A stretch of 64,000 nt of DNA from Chloroflexota bacterium (GCA_963662335.2 CAXXVD010000002.1:576001-640000); one strand, 5' to 3'; counted from the stretch's first letter, positions 37,295 through 46,973 are shown. The notes: generated by a model not told the origin, from the letters alone. Made by a program: numbers and translations.

Positions 37295-39652
37295 CTACTC
37301 GCCGGCAAAGTCGACGAACACCGGGCTTGACCACGCCATTTCCATGTCGGTTTGCACGATGCGCACCCAATAAGGGTTTACGCCCGGTTGCGGCGCGGGA
37401 TCGGTGAACGTGAACGCGGCGGTTTCCGCGCCGTGCGCTTGCGGTGCGAGCGAGACGGCAACGGCGCGGTCGAGCGGCCCTAGCGCGAACTCCTGCGCGC
37501 CCGCGGCCAGTTCCGCGAGAGACACGCTGCAAGCGAGGGACTCGGCGGGAGAGTGGGCGAGAATCTGCGGCCCGGCCGCGCCGTACGCGCCAAAGCGCGG
37601 CCGGCTGATGAGGGCGGAATTCACGGCAAGGTCGAGGATAGCGCGCCCGGTGTCTGCGAGAGTCAACACCACGCCGCTGCGGTAGCCGCACGTCACGGAG
37701 TGCCATTTGAGGCCGTGCTCGGTAACGTCCAAAAGATGTGAACGCGGGCTGTCGAAGCGGAGCGTGTCCGCCGCGAGGATGGCGCCGTCGCGGATAGTGG
37801 CCGCGCCGTCCCAGATCACGCCGGAGTAGCTGGACGTGCGGCTCGCGCCGCGCCAGAGAATGCGCACCCGCTGGGGGTCGGGCGCAATATCCAGGGGATG
37901 CGCGTATATGCGCTCCAAGCCGCGGTAGAGTTCGATGCTTTCCAGCGGAGCGGTACCGGTAACGGAGACCGCGACGGTTGGCGGCGCGGACGACGTGTAG
38001 GCCGCGCCCATGGGGTGGCTATCCGCGTCCACGCGCAGGATAATCCGTGCGCCGGTGGTCGCGTAGCAGCGGCGCGCCTGCAGCGCCGCGAAGAACGCCT
38101 CCAGCGTGAGGTCGGCGGCATAGATGCCGGTCAGCCCGGCCTGCGCGTAGCGGCGCGGCTGGTAGCCGGGGGTGTCCGTGCCGGGGCGTCCCGTGTGGCT
38201 GTCGCTGCCGCCCAGGAATCCGACCGTATAGCGGCGCGCCAGCGCCTCCTCCAGGAACCACTCGAAGCTGCCGTGGGTGGACGTAATCTCGATGGCGGGT
38301 TCGATAGCGGGTTCATGATAGGAGAGGTCCGCGTGCGCGCCGCCCACGTGGGGCGTGATGAGCGCGTCGCTATGGCGGTAGGCGGCGTAGAGGTCGCGTA
38401 CGTGGGGGAGGTCGGTGTCGACGTCCGACTTGTCGGCAACTTGCGCGTGGCTGTTGCGTCGGAGCGGCTGGTTGTGGCGGCGGAAGTAGACGTTGTGATG
38501 CCCGCCGCGCGCCGTTTCCGGCGACCACTCGAAGCCGGGCAGCGGCACGAAGCGGCCAGGCTCCGCAAAGGCGGCCTCAGCCTCCTGCTGCGCGCGCCAA
38601 TCTGCCGCCGAGATCATGTGGTCGTTGCGCTGGTAGCCCACAAAGTCCAGCGCGGCTACGTCACGGGCATAGCGGAAGAAATCGGGGATTTTCTCCGCCA
38701 AGGCGACCTGGCCGCCGTGCGGGTCGGCCCAAAAGAGAGAGTGCGGCGGCGGCTGTTCCGCGCAGAGCATGGGATTGCTGTGCGTTGCGAGGCCGCGCTG
38801 CGCGTCTTCCACGCGGATGCGGTGCGTGCCGGGACGGGTGGCCGTACAGTTCTCGATAACGCGGACGCCGCCGTCTTTGGGATGAAAGGTGACATACTGT
38901 GCCGCGGCGGTGGTTTCCCGCTTTCGCGGGAATGACGGAGTAGGGTCAAGGGACGGGTCGGCGCTGCTGGACGGGTTGGCGGCGCCGGGCGGGTCAGCGG
39001 CGCGGGGTGAGTCTGTCGCGCCGGGCGGGTCGGGTATGTGGATGCTCTCCGCGCGCAGGGCGAGCGTGCCTTGGTAGTCGTGCGCGGGATTGCCCCAGGC
39101 GTCTTCCACGCGCACCAGCAGGCGGAACGGCCGGCCGGCAACCACGCTCGAAGGCGCGACGGCGACCAGTTTGCGCGCCGCGCCGCCCACGATGGTGAGA
39201 TGCGGCGAGTCCGGCAGCGTCACGAACCGGCCGTCGCCCGCGGCGTCGACGGCGACCCAGAAGTAGCGCTTGGCCTCCTGAAAGGTCTGCGCGCGCGACC
39301 CCGGCCCGCCGCCGCTGCGGTCGCCGTAGGTCACGGTGACGGTTTCGCCGGGACGCAACGGCCGCCCGTGCACGCGCAGGCGCAGCGACTTGATGTCCTC
39401 GACCACCACGTCGAGGCGGGCCTCAGGCGGAGCGTGCACGGTCAGGTATTCGGCGCGGGCGGGAGCGGTCACCTGGGGCAGTCCCCAGTCGGTGTCCGAA
39501 TCCGTAGAGATGCGGATTGCGCCGCCGCTTGCGACGCCGGCAGCGCCCACGGTATAGCGGAGGCGCCACGTGCCGTACGTGCCGGCAACGACGGGAGCGC
39601 TTGGCTCGAGCGTAGCGGCGCCGTGCTGCTCGTGAATGTTGACGCTGGCCAT
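37295..39652 (-). CDS. DUF3604-like PHP-type metallohydrolase
   Basis: FWADPHG, NDH, GFEWS...GGHHNVYF, PHVGG, E..S.HG.FEW, GGSDSH.GRPG, R.CYATTG.RI, AWSSP. Carries an in-frame REP insertion. Confidence 0.8.
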   Translation of the reverse strand: MASVNIHEQHGAATLEPSAPVVAGTYGTWRLRYTVGAAGVASGGAIRISTDSDTDWGLPQVTAPARAEYLTVHAPPEARLDVVVEDIKSLRLRVHGRPLRPGETVTVTYGDRSGGGPGSRAQTFQEAKRYFWVAVDAAGDGRFVTLPDSPHLTIVGGAARKLVAVAPSSVVAGRPFRLLVRVEDAWGNPAHDYQGTLALRAESIHIPDPPGATDSPRAADPPGAANPSSSADPSLDPTPSFPRKRETTAAAQYVTFHPKDGGVRVIENCTATRPGTHRIRVEDAQRGLATHSNPMLCAEQPPPHSLFWADPHGGQVALAEKIPDFFRYARDVAALDFVGYQRNDHMISAADWRAQQEAEAAFAEPGRFVPLPGFEWSPETARGGHHNVYFRRHNQPLRRNSHAQVADKSDVDTDLPHVRDLYAAYRHSDALITPHVGGAHADLSYHEPAIEPAIEITSTHGSFEWFLEEALARRYTVGFLGGSDSHTGRPGTDTPGYQPRRYAQAGLTGIYAADLTLEAFFAALQARRCYATTGARIILRVDADSHPMGAAYTSSAPPTVAVSVTGTAPLESIELYRGLERIYAHPLDIAPDPQRVRILWRGASRTSSYSGVIWDGAATIRDGAILAADTLRFDSPRSHLLDVTEHGLKWHSVTCGYRSGVVLTLADTGRAILDLAVNSALISRPRFGAYGAAGPQILAHSPAESLACSVSLAELAAGAQEFALGPLDRAVAVSLAPQAHGAETAAFTFTDPAPQPGVNPYWVRIVQTDMEMAWSSPVFVDFAGE

Positions 39653-39779
39653 TGTATGCGGCCCACCCTTGCCTCGTTTGAAGCGGCTGCGGAGGACGCT
39701 GGTAGTGTACAACGAAAGCGGATGCGGTGTCAGGGAAGCCGCACGTTCGCGGGGACGGCATACGCACAGTGCTCCGCCA

Positions 39780-40070
39780 GTCCTGCCCTTCGACAGGCTC
39801 AGGGCGAACGGGAAGGATGGGTGTCCGTTCGTGCTTAGTGTCCATTTGTGCTGAGTGTCCGTTCGTGCTGAGCTTGTCGAAGCACAGTTCGGCGCGTCAA
39901 GCCGAATTGTGACGTGCGTTCTTTGTGCTGTGACGGAGAGTTATGCGTGACGCTATCGCGCCAAGAAGCGGGGGACAAGCCCCCGCGCTACGCAAATGCG
40001 ACCACACGAGGGACAAGCCCCCGCGCTACGCAAATGCGACCACACTAGGGACAAGCCCCATCGCTACGCC
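39780..40070. repeat. REP-like cluster with 38-bp tandem repeat
   Basis: CCCTTCGACAGGCTCAGGGCGAACG (39786-39810) and relatives; GGGACAAGCCCCCGCGCTACGCAAATGCGACCACAC unit at 39972, 40010 and (partial) 40048. Confidence 0.85.
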
Positions 40071-40246
40071 GTGCTGGCGCGGGTTGGCCGTACACGTGGC
40101 AAGACGACGTTAAGCGCGGCAAAGCGCGTGGTGTCATTTGAAGATTCGGCGGCTGTTGGCTAGACTGAAATTAAGCAACGTAGTGTGACCGATACGTGTC
40201 GCGAGGCCGGAATGAGCGGTCTACGCCAGCAATGAAGGGAGCCGGT

Positions 40247-42307
40247 ATGGCCCAGGGGATGCCGTGGTACGATCAATTCGTGCGTTTTGGACAGGTGGCG
40301 CTGCATGAGGCTGATCCGCCGCACGTAGACGTTGGCTGGTGGCAGGAGCGCTGGCAGGAGAGCGGCCTCGGCGGCGTGGCGGTGAGCGCCGGCGGTGTCC
40401 TGGCTTTCTATCCCACGACGGTGCCTTTTCACCGGCGGAGCCGTTGGCTGGGCGAGCGCGACGTCTTTGGGGAGTTAGTGGAGGCCGCCAAGCAGCAAGA
40501 CCTCATCGTGCTGGCGCGTATCGATCCCAGTCTCGCCCACGAAGACCTCTACTATACCCATGCCGATTGGTTCATGGTAGACCACGCCGGCAAGCCGCGC
40601 CGGTCGCACGACCTCTACTACACGTGCGTCAATTCGCCGTACTACCGGGAATATCTGCCGGCCATCGTCCGCGAAATTGGCGAGCGGTATCCGGTGGATG
40701 GCTTCTTCGGCCACAATTGGCAGGGGCACCGGGCGATTTGCTACTGCACCTACTGCGAGCGGCGCTACGCGCGGGAGGCGGAGATGCGCTTGCCCAGGCC
40801 GATGGGCCAGCCGGCGCGGGAGGACGAAGAGCGCGCGCAGCGGGGATGGCAGCGCTGGCGCCGGGAAGTGGATGAGGAATTGTGGAGCTTTCTGGAGGGG
40901 GTGACGAAAGAAGCCCGGGCCGAGGCGCTCTGGGTGGGAGATACGCCGCAAGGCCGCGTGGCCTCACTGGCGGAATTCGTCGTCGCCAGGCATGACGGCG
41001 GCCGGGGAGCGCAGCCGCTGTGGGCCGCGGGTCTGGCCAGCCGCAAGGCCCAGGACATGGCCGGCCGGAATAAAGCGGCGTACGTCACCGTGAACGTGGG
41101 CAGTGGGGCAAGCGGCGAGACGCCGCCGGCTGAGATTCCGGTGACGCTGGCGGAGGTGCTGGCGCATGGCGCGTGGCCGTGGGTGAGCATGGCGGCCGTA
41201 CCGCGCGACCGGCGCACGTTCCAGGAGATGGCGCCGCTCCTTGCGTGGCGCAATCAGCATGAGCGCATCCTGGGGGGACGCCTGCCGGGCGCTACCGTGG
41301 GCGTGCTGTACGCTCCGTGCGCCGCAGCGGATGCGGTCTGCGGACTGGACGCGCACGCGCTGGGCGCATGTCTGGCGCTGCTGCGCGCGCGCATTCCATT
41401 CGACTTGGTGGAGGTGGATCGCAGCCAGTCCGGGGCGCTGGAAGACTACCGGTTGCTGCTGCTGCCTAATCTCAGCGAGCTATCCGACGGCCAGGCGCAG
41501 GAGGTGCGGCGGTTCGTGAGCGGCGGGCGCAGCGTGGTGGCGACCTTCGAAACCTCGCGCCGGGATCCCGCCGGCGGCTACCGCGCCGACTTCGGCTTGG
41601 CGGACGTATTTGGCGTCACAGCCACCGGCAGCGCGCCGCTTGAGGGACTGGATAACACCCAGTATCAAATTGGCGGCGACCACCCGATCGTCCATGACTT
41701 CGGCGATACGGTCGTGTTGCCGGCGGCGGCGCGTCTCAGTCTGGTGCAGCCCCTGGCGCGGGCGGAAACGCCCCTGGTGCTGGTGCCGCCCGCGGCCGCT
41801 ACGCCGGTTGAATATGCGCTGGCGGAATTGCCGCAGATTTCGCGCCCGGTCCTGTTCGCGCGTGAACAGGAGCAGAGCCGGATCGTCTACTTCCCAGGGG
41901 ACGTCGACCGCGCGATCTGGGAGCGAAACCATACGGATCTGGCGGTCTTGCTCGCCAGCGCGGTGCGGTGGGCGCACGGCAGCGAACTGCCGGTAACGGT
42001 GGCAGGCCCGGGGCTGGTGGACGTGGGCGTGCACGTCTACGGCAATATGCTGCAAGTGCACCTGGTCAACCTTACCAGCGCCGACGCCTGGCGAGGCTCG
42101 ATCCAGGAAGTGGTGACTGTGGGGCCGCAGGAACTCCGGGTTGTGTTGCAACCGGGCAACGCGGTGCAAGAGGCGCAGTTGCTCGTGAGCGGCGCCAGCG
42201 CCGAGTACAGCGTGCGCGACAACGTGCTGCGGATTGCGATCCCGCAGATCGAAACGCATGAATTCGTAACCGTCCGCTTTGCGGCAGAGGCCGCGCAGAC
42301 GTCTTGA
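40247..42307 (+). CDS. Putative glycoside hydrolase (GHL6/GH42-like TIM barrel + trimerisation domain)
   Basis: SAGG..AFYPT, D.FGE.V.AA....L.V.AR.D, C.NSPYY, Y.VDG.F, CYC.YC, L.LPN...LSD, VHLVNLT; GGGAG RBS. Confidence 0.75.
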   Translation: MAQGMPWYDQFVRFGQVALHEADPPHVDVGWWQERWQESGLGGVAVSAGGVLAFYPTTVPFHRRSRWLGERDVFGELVEAAKQQDLIVLARIDPSLAHEDLYYTHADWFMVDHAGKPRRSHDLYYTCVNSPYYREYLPAIVREIGERYPVDGFFGHNWQGHRAICYCTYCERRYAREAEMRLPRPMGQPAREDEERAQRGWQRWRREVDEELWSFLEGVTKEARAEALWVGDTPQGRVASLAEFVVARHDGGRGAQPLWAAGLASRKAQDMAGRNKAAYVTVNVGSGASGETPPAEIPVTLAEVLAHGAWPWVSMAAVPRDRRTFQEMAPLLAWRNQHERILGGRLPGATVGVLYAPCAAADAVCGLDAHALGACLALLRARIPFDLVEVDRSQSGALEDYRLLLLPNLSELSDGQAQEVRRFVSGGRSVVATFETSRRDPAGGYRADFGLADVFGVTATGSAPLEGLDNTQYQIGGDHPIVHDFGDTVVLPAAARLSLVQPLARAETPLVLVPPAAATPVEYALAELPQISRPVLFAREQEQSRIVYFPGDVDRAIWERNHTDLAVLLASAVRWAHGSELPVTVAGPGLVDVGVHVYGNMLQVHLVNLTSADAWRGSIQEVVTVGPQELRVVLQPGNAVQEAQLLVSGASAEYSVRDNVLRIAIPQIETHEFVTVRFAAEAAQTS

Positions 42308-42384
42308 AGCCTAAGGTTGTGTTTGACACTTGAGGAGGGATAAACCCAAGAGAAACACGCCGCACGCTCAACCGCGTCTGTTGT

Positions 42385-42480
42385 TCTGAGGAGCCCTTCG
42401 GCAAGCTCAGGATGAACTCCGCGACGAAAGAATCCAGGACACACGGTCTAGATTCCTCGCGTTCGCTCGGAATGACATTG
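42385..42480. repeat. REP-like elements
   Basis: CCCTTCGGCAAGCTCAGGATGAAC and GATTCCTCGCGTTCGCTCGGAATGAC. Confidence 0.7.
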
Positions 42481-42777
42481 AATGCCGACACAACCTATTG
42501 ACTGGCCGGATTTCTTGCTGCGCAACGGAACAGGCCGCTACTGAGGCAGGGGAGGGATGCGGCTATCGGTTCCTCAGATTACGAACGCTCGGAAGAGCGT
42601 AACGGCGCTTTCGACGAAGATGGCGACGGCGGCAAGGTCGAAGCCCAAGACAGGGCCGACGCCCGCGGCGAAGGCGGCGCTCACCACGCAGAGCCGCAGC
42701 GCGCCCCTCAGATAGCGCAGGTAACGTCTCCCCCGTCGCAAGAGCGCGGGCGGCGGCGTGGCTCATCCCCTTCGGCC

Positions 42778-44076
42778 GTGCTGGTGGGCGGCTTTGCGGT
42801 CCTCATCGCGGTGGGCACGCTGCTTCTCATGCTGCCCGCGGCCGCCGCCTCCGGCAACGCCACGTCTTTCGTCGATGCGCTCTTCACCGCCACCTCGGCG
42901 GTGTGCGTGACCGGATTGGTGGTGGTGGATACCGGCGAGCACTGGAGCGGATTCGGCCACGCGGTGATTCTCGCGCTCTTCCAACTTGGCGGCTTTGGTT
43001 TCATGACCGGCTCGATTCTCATCCTGATGATTCTCGGCCAATCGATCCGGCTGCGCCAGCGCGTCCTAATGCGCGAGGCGCTCAACCTCTCCAGTATCGG
43101 CGGAATTGTGCCGATCGTGCGCAACATCGCTATCTGGACAGTCGCGGTGGAGGCGGCCGGCGTCCTGGCGCTTACGCTCTACTTCGCGCGTGAGCGCGAG
43201 CCCGCGCACGCCCTCTGGATGGGGCTCTTTCACGGGGTATCGGCCTTCAATAACGCCGGTTTCGATCTGATGGGCGGCTTCTCCAGCCTCACCCAATTCC
43301 GCCGCGAGGAGTTCCTGCTTATTGTCATTGCCGTGTTGGTGGTCTTTGGCAGCACTGGATACGTGGTGTTCGCGGACATGGCGCGCTCGCGGCGCTGGCT
43401 GCGGCTCAGCCTGGAGACCAAGCTGATCGTGCTTGTAACCGGCGCGTTGTGGCTGCTAGGCGGCGCGGCGTTCTTCTGGCGCGAGCGCGCCAATCCGCTG
43501 ACTTTGGCCGGCGAGGTGTGGCACGTGCAACTCCTGGATACGTTCTTCCACAGCGTTGCCGCCCGCACGGCGGGCTTCGTCTCGCTGCCGGTGAGCGGCA
43601 TGACCGAGGACACCACCTTCTTGACCATGGTGCTCATGCTCATTGGCGGCGCGCCCGGCTCCACGGCCGGCGGCATCAAAGTGACCACGTTTGCCATTCT
43701 CATCGTGACGATTGTAGCGGTAATGCGCGGCAGAACCCGCATTACCGTACTGCGCCGCACGATCCCGCAGGAAATAGTGCTGCGCTCGCTGACGATCATC
43801 TCGTTGGCTACCGTGCTGCTCATCGGCGTGGGTTGGCTGCTGGCGGAGTTCGAGACTGCCGGCTTCATGCCGGTGCTCTTCGAGGCCGCGTCGGCGCTGG
43901 GCACGGTAGGCATGTCGTACGGCATTACGCCGCAATTGCACGACGTGAGCCGCTTGGTCCTGGTGGCTGCCATGTTCGTGGGGCGCCTGGGCCCGCTAAC
44001 GCTGGTGCTGCTGCTGGCGCAGAAGAGCCAGCGCGAGTATCTGCAATATCCACGTGAAACGGTACGGGTGGGATAG
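42778..44076 (+). CDS. ktrB: Trk/Ktr potassium uptake membrane subunit (KtrB/TrkH)
   Basis: Four pore loops SAVCVTGL, SAFNNAGF, RTAGF, GTVGMS; GSTAGGIK; MFVGRLG. True start may lie upstream (see findings). Confidence 0.92.
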   Translation: MLVGGFAVLIAVGTLLLMLPAAAASGNATSFVDALFTATSAVCVTGLVVVDTGEHWSGFGHAVILALFQLGGFGFMTGSILILMILGQSIRLRQRVLMREALNLSSIGGIVPIVRNIAIWTVAVEAAGVLALTLYFAREREPAHALWMGLFHGVSAFNNAGFDLMGGFSSLTQFRREEFLLIVIAVLVVFGSTGYVVFADMARSRRWLRLSLETKLIVLVTGALWLLGGAAFFWRERANPLTLAGEVWHVQLLDTFFHSVAARTAGFVSLPVSGMTEDTTFLTMVLMLIGGAPGSTAGGIKVTTFAILIVTIVAVMRGRTRITVLRRTIPQEIVLRSLTIISLATVLLIGVGWLLAEFETAGFMPVLFEAASALGTVGMSYGITPQLHDVSRLVLVAAMFVGRLGPLTLVLLLAQKSQREYLQYPRETVRVG

Positions 44077-44086
44077 GAGTGACGCT

Positions 44087-44737
44087 ATGCCGAGTCAACA
44101 GATCGCGGTGATTGGGCTGGGCCGCTTTGGCACCAGCGCGGCGATTCAGCTTGCCAGCTTGGGCTACGACGTGCTGGGGGTGGACAAGAGCGCGGATAAG
44201 GTCGAGAGCATGTCGGACGAGCTTACCCACGTGGTGCGCGCGGACACGGCCAATGAGGGCGCGCTGGAAGAACTCGGCATTCGCAACTTCGACGTGGTGG
44301 TGGTGGGCATTAGCTCGGACGTGCAGGGCAGCATCATCACGACGTTGATCCTCAAACACCTGGACGTGCCCTACGTGATCGCCAAGGCGCGCGACGAACT
44401 CCACGGCGAAATCCTGGATAGAATCGGCGCCGATAAGGTGATCTATCCGGAGCATGAAGCCGGGGTGCGCATCGCGCACACGTTCATCTCGCAGGCTATC
44501 ATCGACTACGTTGAGGTGGTGCCCGGCTACGGCGTGAGCAAGCTCAGAGTGCCGGATCGTTTTGTGGGCCGCTCGCTGCAGGTGCTCGGTTTCGGTGAGG
44601 GGAGCGGGTTGCGCATTCTGATGATTGGACGCAACAAGAGCGTGGTGCACGACCCCAAATCCAGCGAGCGCATCCAAGACGGCGACGTGCTGATGATGGT
44701 GGGCGAGGACCGCTACTTGAGCGAGTTGGAACTCTAG
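44087..44737 (+). CDS. ktrA: Trk/Ktr potassium uptake RCK subunit (KtrA/TrkA)
   Basis: AVIGLGRFG, IAKA, IGAD.VI.PE; AGGAG RBS. Confidence 0.93.
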   Translation: MPSQQIAVIGLGRFGTSAAIQLASLGYDVLGVDKSADKVESMSDELTHVVRADTANEGALEELGIRNFDVVVVGISSDVQGSIITTLILKHLDVPYVIAKARDELHGEILDRIGADKVIYPEHEAGVRIAHTFISQAIIDYVEVVPGYGVSKLRVPDRFVGRSLQVLGFGEGSGLRILMIGRNKSVVHDPKSSERIQDGDVLMMVGEDRYLSELEL

Positions 44738-44804
44738 CGGTTGGGTTGCTCGTTCGCTTCACACGGGGAGCACGTGATAGCCGGGCGGATAGCGCGTGAA
44801 GGGC

Positions 44805-44833
44805 TTGACGAAGTTCACGCGATATGGTTAAAT
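44805..44833 (+). promoter_or_regulatory. Putative sigma70 promoter
   Basis: TTGACG-N17-TTAAAT, with TG just upstream of the -10 box. Confidence 0.5.
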
Positions 44834-44886
44834 GGGAGTAGAGAGGGCGCGAGTCCTCGAAACGGCACCAAGGAGGGAGGTGAGCG

Positions 44887-44955
44887 ATGAAAGGTATGCG
44901 CTTGCCGCTGGATAACCCGAGAGTGCTGTACGGTGTTTGGCAAGTGGACTGTTAA
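44887..44955 (+). CDS. Small ORF, 22 aa (MKGMRLPLDNPRVLYGVWQVDC)
   Basis: Very strong RBS AAGGAGGGAGGTG just upstream of the ATG; lies inside a promoter-to-terminator unit with no other convincing ORF. Confidence 0.5.
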   Translation: MKGMRLPLDNPRVLYGVWQVDC

Positions 44956-45141
44956 CCCTCCATCCGCGCAAGGTTCTACATGACAGATGCGGGTGGAGGG
45001 CGAGACCGCAGGGTGGCGGGGCTTGCCGCTTGATGCGTGGCAGCGGCGAGGCGTCCGTGTGGCGCAGCCGAGCCAAAGCGAGTGCCCGATTCACGGGCGG
45101 CAAAATCCGGCAAGACTACGGCCCGAACCAGCAATGGGATT

Positions 45142-45181
45142 GAGCGCGCCTCGGACCTATCCGAGGCGCGCTCTTTGGTTT
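45142..45181 (+). terminator. Intrinsic terminator
   Basis: Perfect 14-bp stem GAGCGCGCCTCGGA-CCTA-TCCGAGGCGCGCTC followed by TTTGGTTT. Confidence 0.8.
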
Positions 45182-45271
45182 GTCAGAGGGGCGTTCCTCC
45201 GCGCCGCGCGCGGAGCCGTGGCGCTTGGATAGAGATGAGAGCGGCAACACGTCCAGATCCGGAGAAGAGGC

Positions 45272-45604
45272 ATGAAGGATATGCGCGCGCGCACACCGGC
45301 GGTGATCTCGCGCGGGGAGGCAGACCGCACGCTGGTGATCGAATGGCGCGACGGCCACGTTACGCGCTACGACTGGGAGGCGCTGCGCCGCCTGTGTCCG
45401 TGCGCGCTCTGCGCGGGCGAGATGGGCGCGCCCGGCACGATGAACGCCGGCACGATCCTCATGGCAAGCCAGACGTTTCTGGAATCTCTGGAACAGGTCG
45501 GCAGCTATGCGGTGCGCCTGCACTGGGAGGACGGACACAATACGGGCATCTACACGTTCGACGGCCTGCGGGAGAACTGCCCGTGTTGCGCGGAATCGGC
45601 GTAA
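45272..45604 (+). CDS. DUF971 / GBBH-like N-terminal domain protein
   Basis: I.W.DGH...Y....LR..CPCA.C; VG.YA..L.W.DGH.TGIY.F..LR. Confidence 0.9.
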   Translation: MKDMRARTPAVISRGEADRTLVIEWRDGHVTRYDWEALRRLCPCALCAGEMGAPGTMNAGTILMASQTFLESLEQVGSYAVRLHWEDGHNTGIYTFDGLRENCPCCAESA

Positions 45605-45650
45605 GGTCTGCCTGGCGCTGCCCCCGGCCGGCGCGTATCGGACCAGGCGC

Positions 45651-46352
45651 TTAGTCGCTGAGATAGAGTTCCGCGCTGGGGCAGAGGTCTTGCAGCGGGC
45701 ATTCACCGCAGGCGGGTTTACGGGCCGTGCAGAGGGCGCGCCCGTGGTGGATGAGCAGGTGGCCGACGTCGATCCAGTCGGCCTCGGGCACGACGTCCAT
45801 GAGGTCGCGCTCGATCTTGGTGGGTTCCTTTTGCCGGGTGAGTTTGAGGCGTTGCGAGAGGCGCGAGACGTGGGTATCGACCACCACTCCGTCCGCGACC
45901 TGAAACGCCACGCCCAGCACCACGTTGGCGGTCTTGCGCGCCACGCCCGGCAACTCCAGCAATTCAGCCATCGTCTCGGGCACGGCGCCGCCGAACTTTT
46001 CCAGGATGACGCGGGCCGCACCCTGGATATTCTTCGCTTTGTTGCGGAAGAAGCCGGTGGTCTTGATGGCCGCTTCCAGGTCTGCCCGGGGCGCTTCGGC
46101 AAACGCGGCCACCGTGGGAAAACGCGCGAAGAGCGCCGGCGTGACGATGTTCACGCGCTTGTCCGTGCACTGCGCGGAGAGAATCGTGGCGACCAGCAGT
46201 TCCCACGGGTTGCGGTAGTGCAGGGCGCACTCGGCTTCGGGATAGGTGGCGCGGAGGCCGGTGATGATGCGGCCCACGCGCTCCCGCAGCGCGCGCTGCG
46301 ATTCTCTTCCTCGTTTGCGCTGCGGTGGGCGTGCGGCTTTCTGTGCGGGCAT
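45651..46352 (-). CDS. nth: Endonuclease III
   Basis: LSAQCTD, LPGVARKTANVV (HhH), VDTHV, C-x6-C-x2-C-x5-C. Confidence 0.97.
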   Translation of the reverse strand: MPAQKAARPPQRKRGRESQRALRERVGRIITGLRATYPEAECALHYRNPWELLVATILSAQCTDKRVNIVTPALFARFPTVAAFAEAPRADLEAAIKTTGFFRNKAKNIQGAARVILEKFGGAVPETMAELLELPGVARKTANVVLGVAFQVADGVVVDTHVSRLSQRLKLTRQKEPTKIERDLMDVVPEADWIDVGHLLIHHGRALCTARKPACGECPLQDLCPSAELYLSD

Positions 46353-46498
46353 GGAACGTAGCCGTCTTCCCTGAGTTGGTTACGCGCTCTTCTCGCCAAG
46401 AGGCGGGGGACAAGCCCCCGCGCTACTCCACGTGAACCGGCATGGGCGCAGCGCGTGGAGGTAATCTGAGACCGGCCGCTTGGCGGGATACACGCCTT

Positions 46499-46804
46499 TC
46501 AGGCCTGGTCTGCGCCAACCAGGTCGCCGCGGCCGCGCAAGCTTTCCAGGTTCTGCGTGTGCACGTGGTTGCCCGGCGCGATGTCCTGCGTGGCGGCGCC
46601 GATGGACTCGCCGTACTTGATAACGTGCTCGCCGTTGGCAATCGGCTTCACGGCGACCTTGTGGCCAAAGGGGATGTCGTCGCGGATGGTGATTTCTTGC
46701 TCACCCGCCGGTCCAGTAAAGGCAACTGTGGTACCCGGCGTGAGGTCCGCCAGCGCAATGGCGGTGTTGTCTTTGTCATCGATGACGTGGAGCACTTGCT
46801 TCAT
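46499..46804 (-). CDS. UxaA/altronate dehydratase N-terminal SAF-domain protein
   Basis: DN.AIAL, IPFGHKVA, VIKYGESIG.A...I..G.HVHTQN. Confidence 0.88.
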   Translation of the reverse strand: MKQVLHVIDDKDNTAIALADLTPGTTVAFTGPAGEQEITIRDDIPFGHKVAVKPIANGEHVIKYGESIGAATQDIAPGNHVHTQNLESLRGRGDLVGADQA

Positions 46805-46895
46805 GCGGCGCTGTCCTTGCGGCGGGTGTGCACTTCGGTTGAAGACCGACCGCAGGAAAGACCCCACGGCACGGCTGGTACCAGCATACCGCAGG

Positions 46896-46973
46896 CTAGT
46901 GGAATCTGCCAACGGATGATGGCTTGCAATACCTTGACACGTGGTCTTCATCCGGAAGCGGGTTGCCAGGCAT
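46896..46973 (-). pseudogene. Possible truncated gene remnant (MPGNPLPDEDHVSRYCKPSSVGRFH*)
   Basis: ATG overlaps the end of the upstream hypothetical gene; the 25-aa product looks like the N-terminus of a conserved hypothetical family (from memory). Confidence 0.35.

Noticed and set aside
39968-40068. Possible CRISPR array
   Set aside because: The intervening sequences are identical rather than unique spacers, the unit is a REP end, and there are no cas1/cas2 genes. The same applies to 57192-57521.
42480-42780. c-di-AMP (ydaO) riboswitch upstream of ktrB
   Set aside because: Consensus elements were not recognised, and the region reads as coding sequence.
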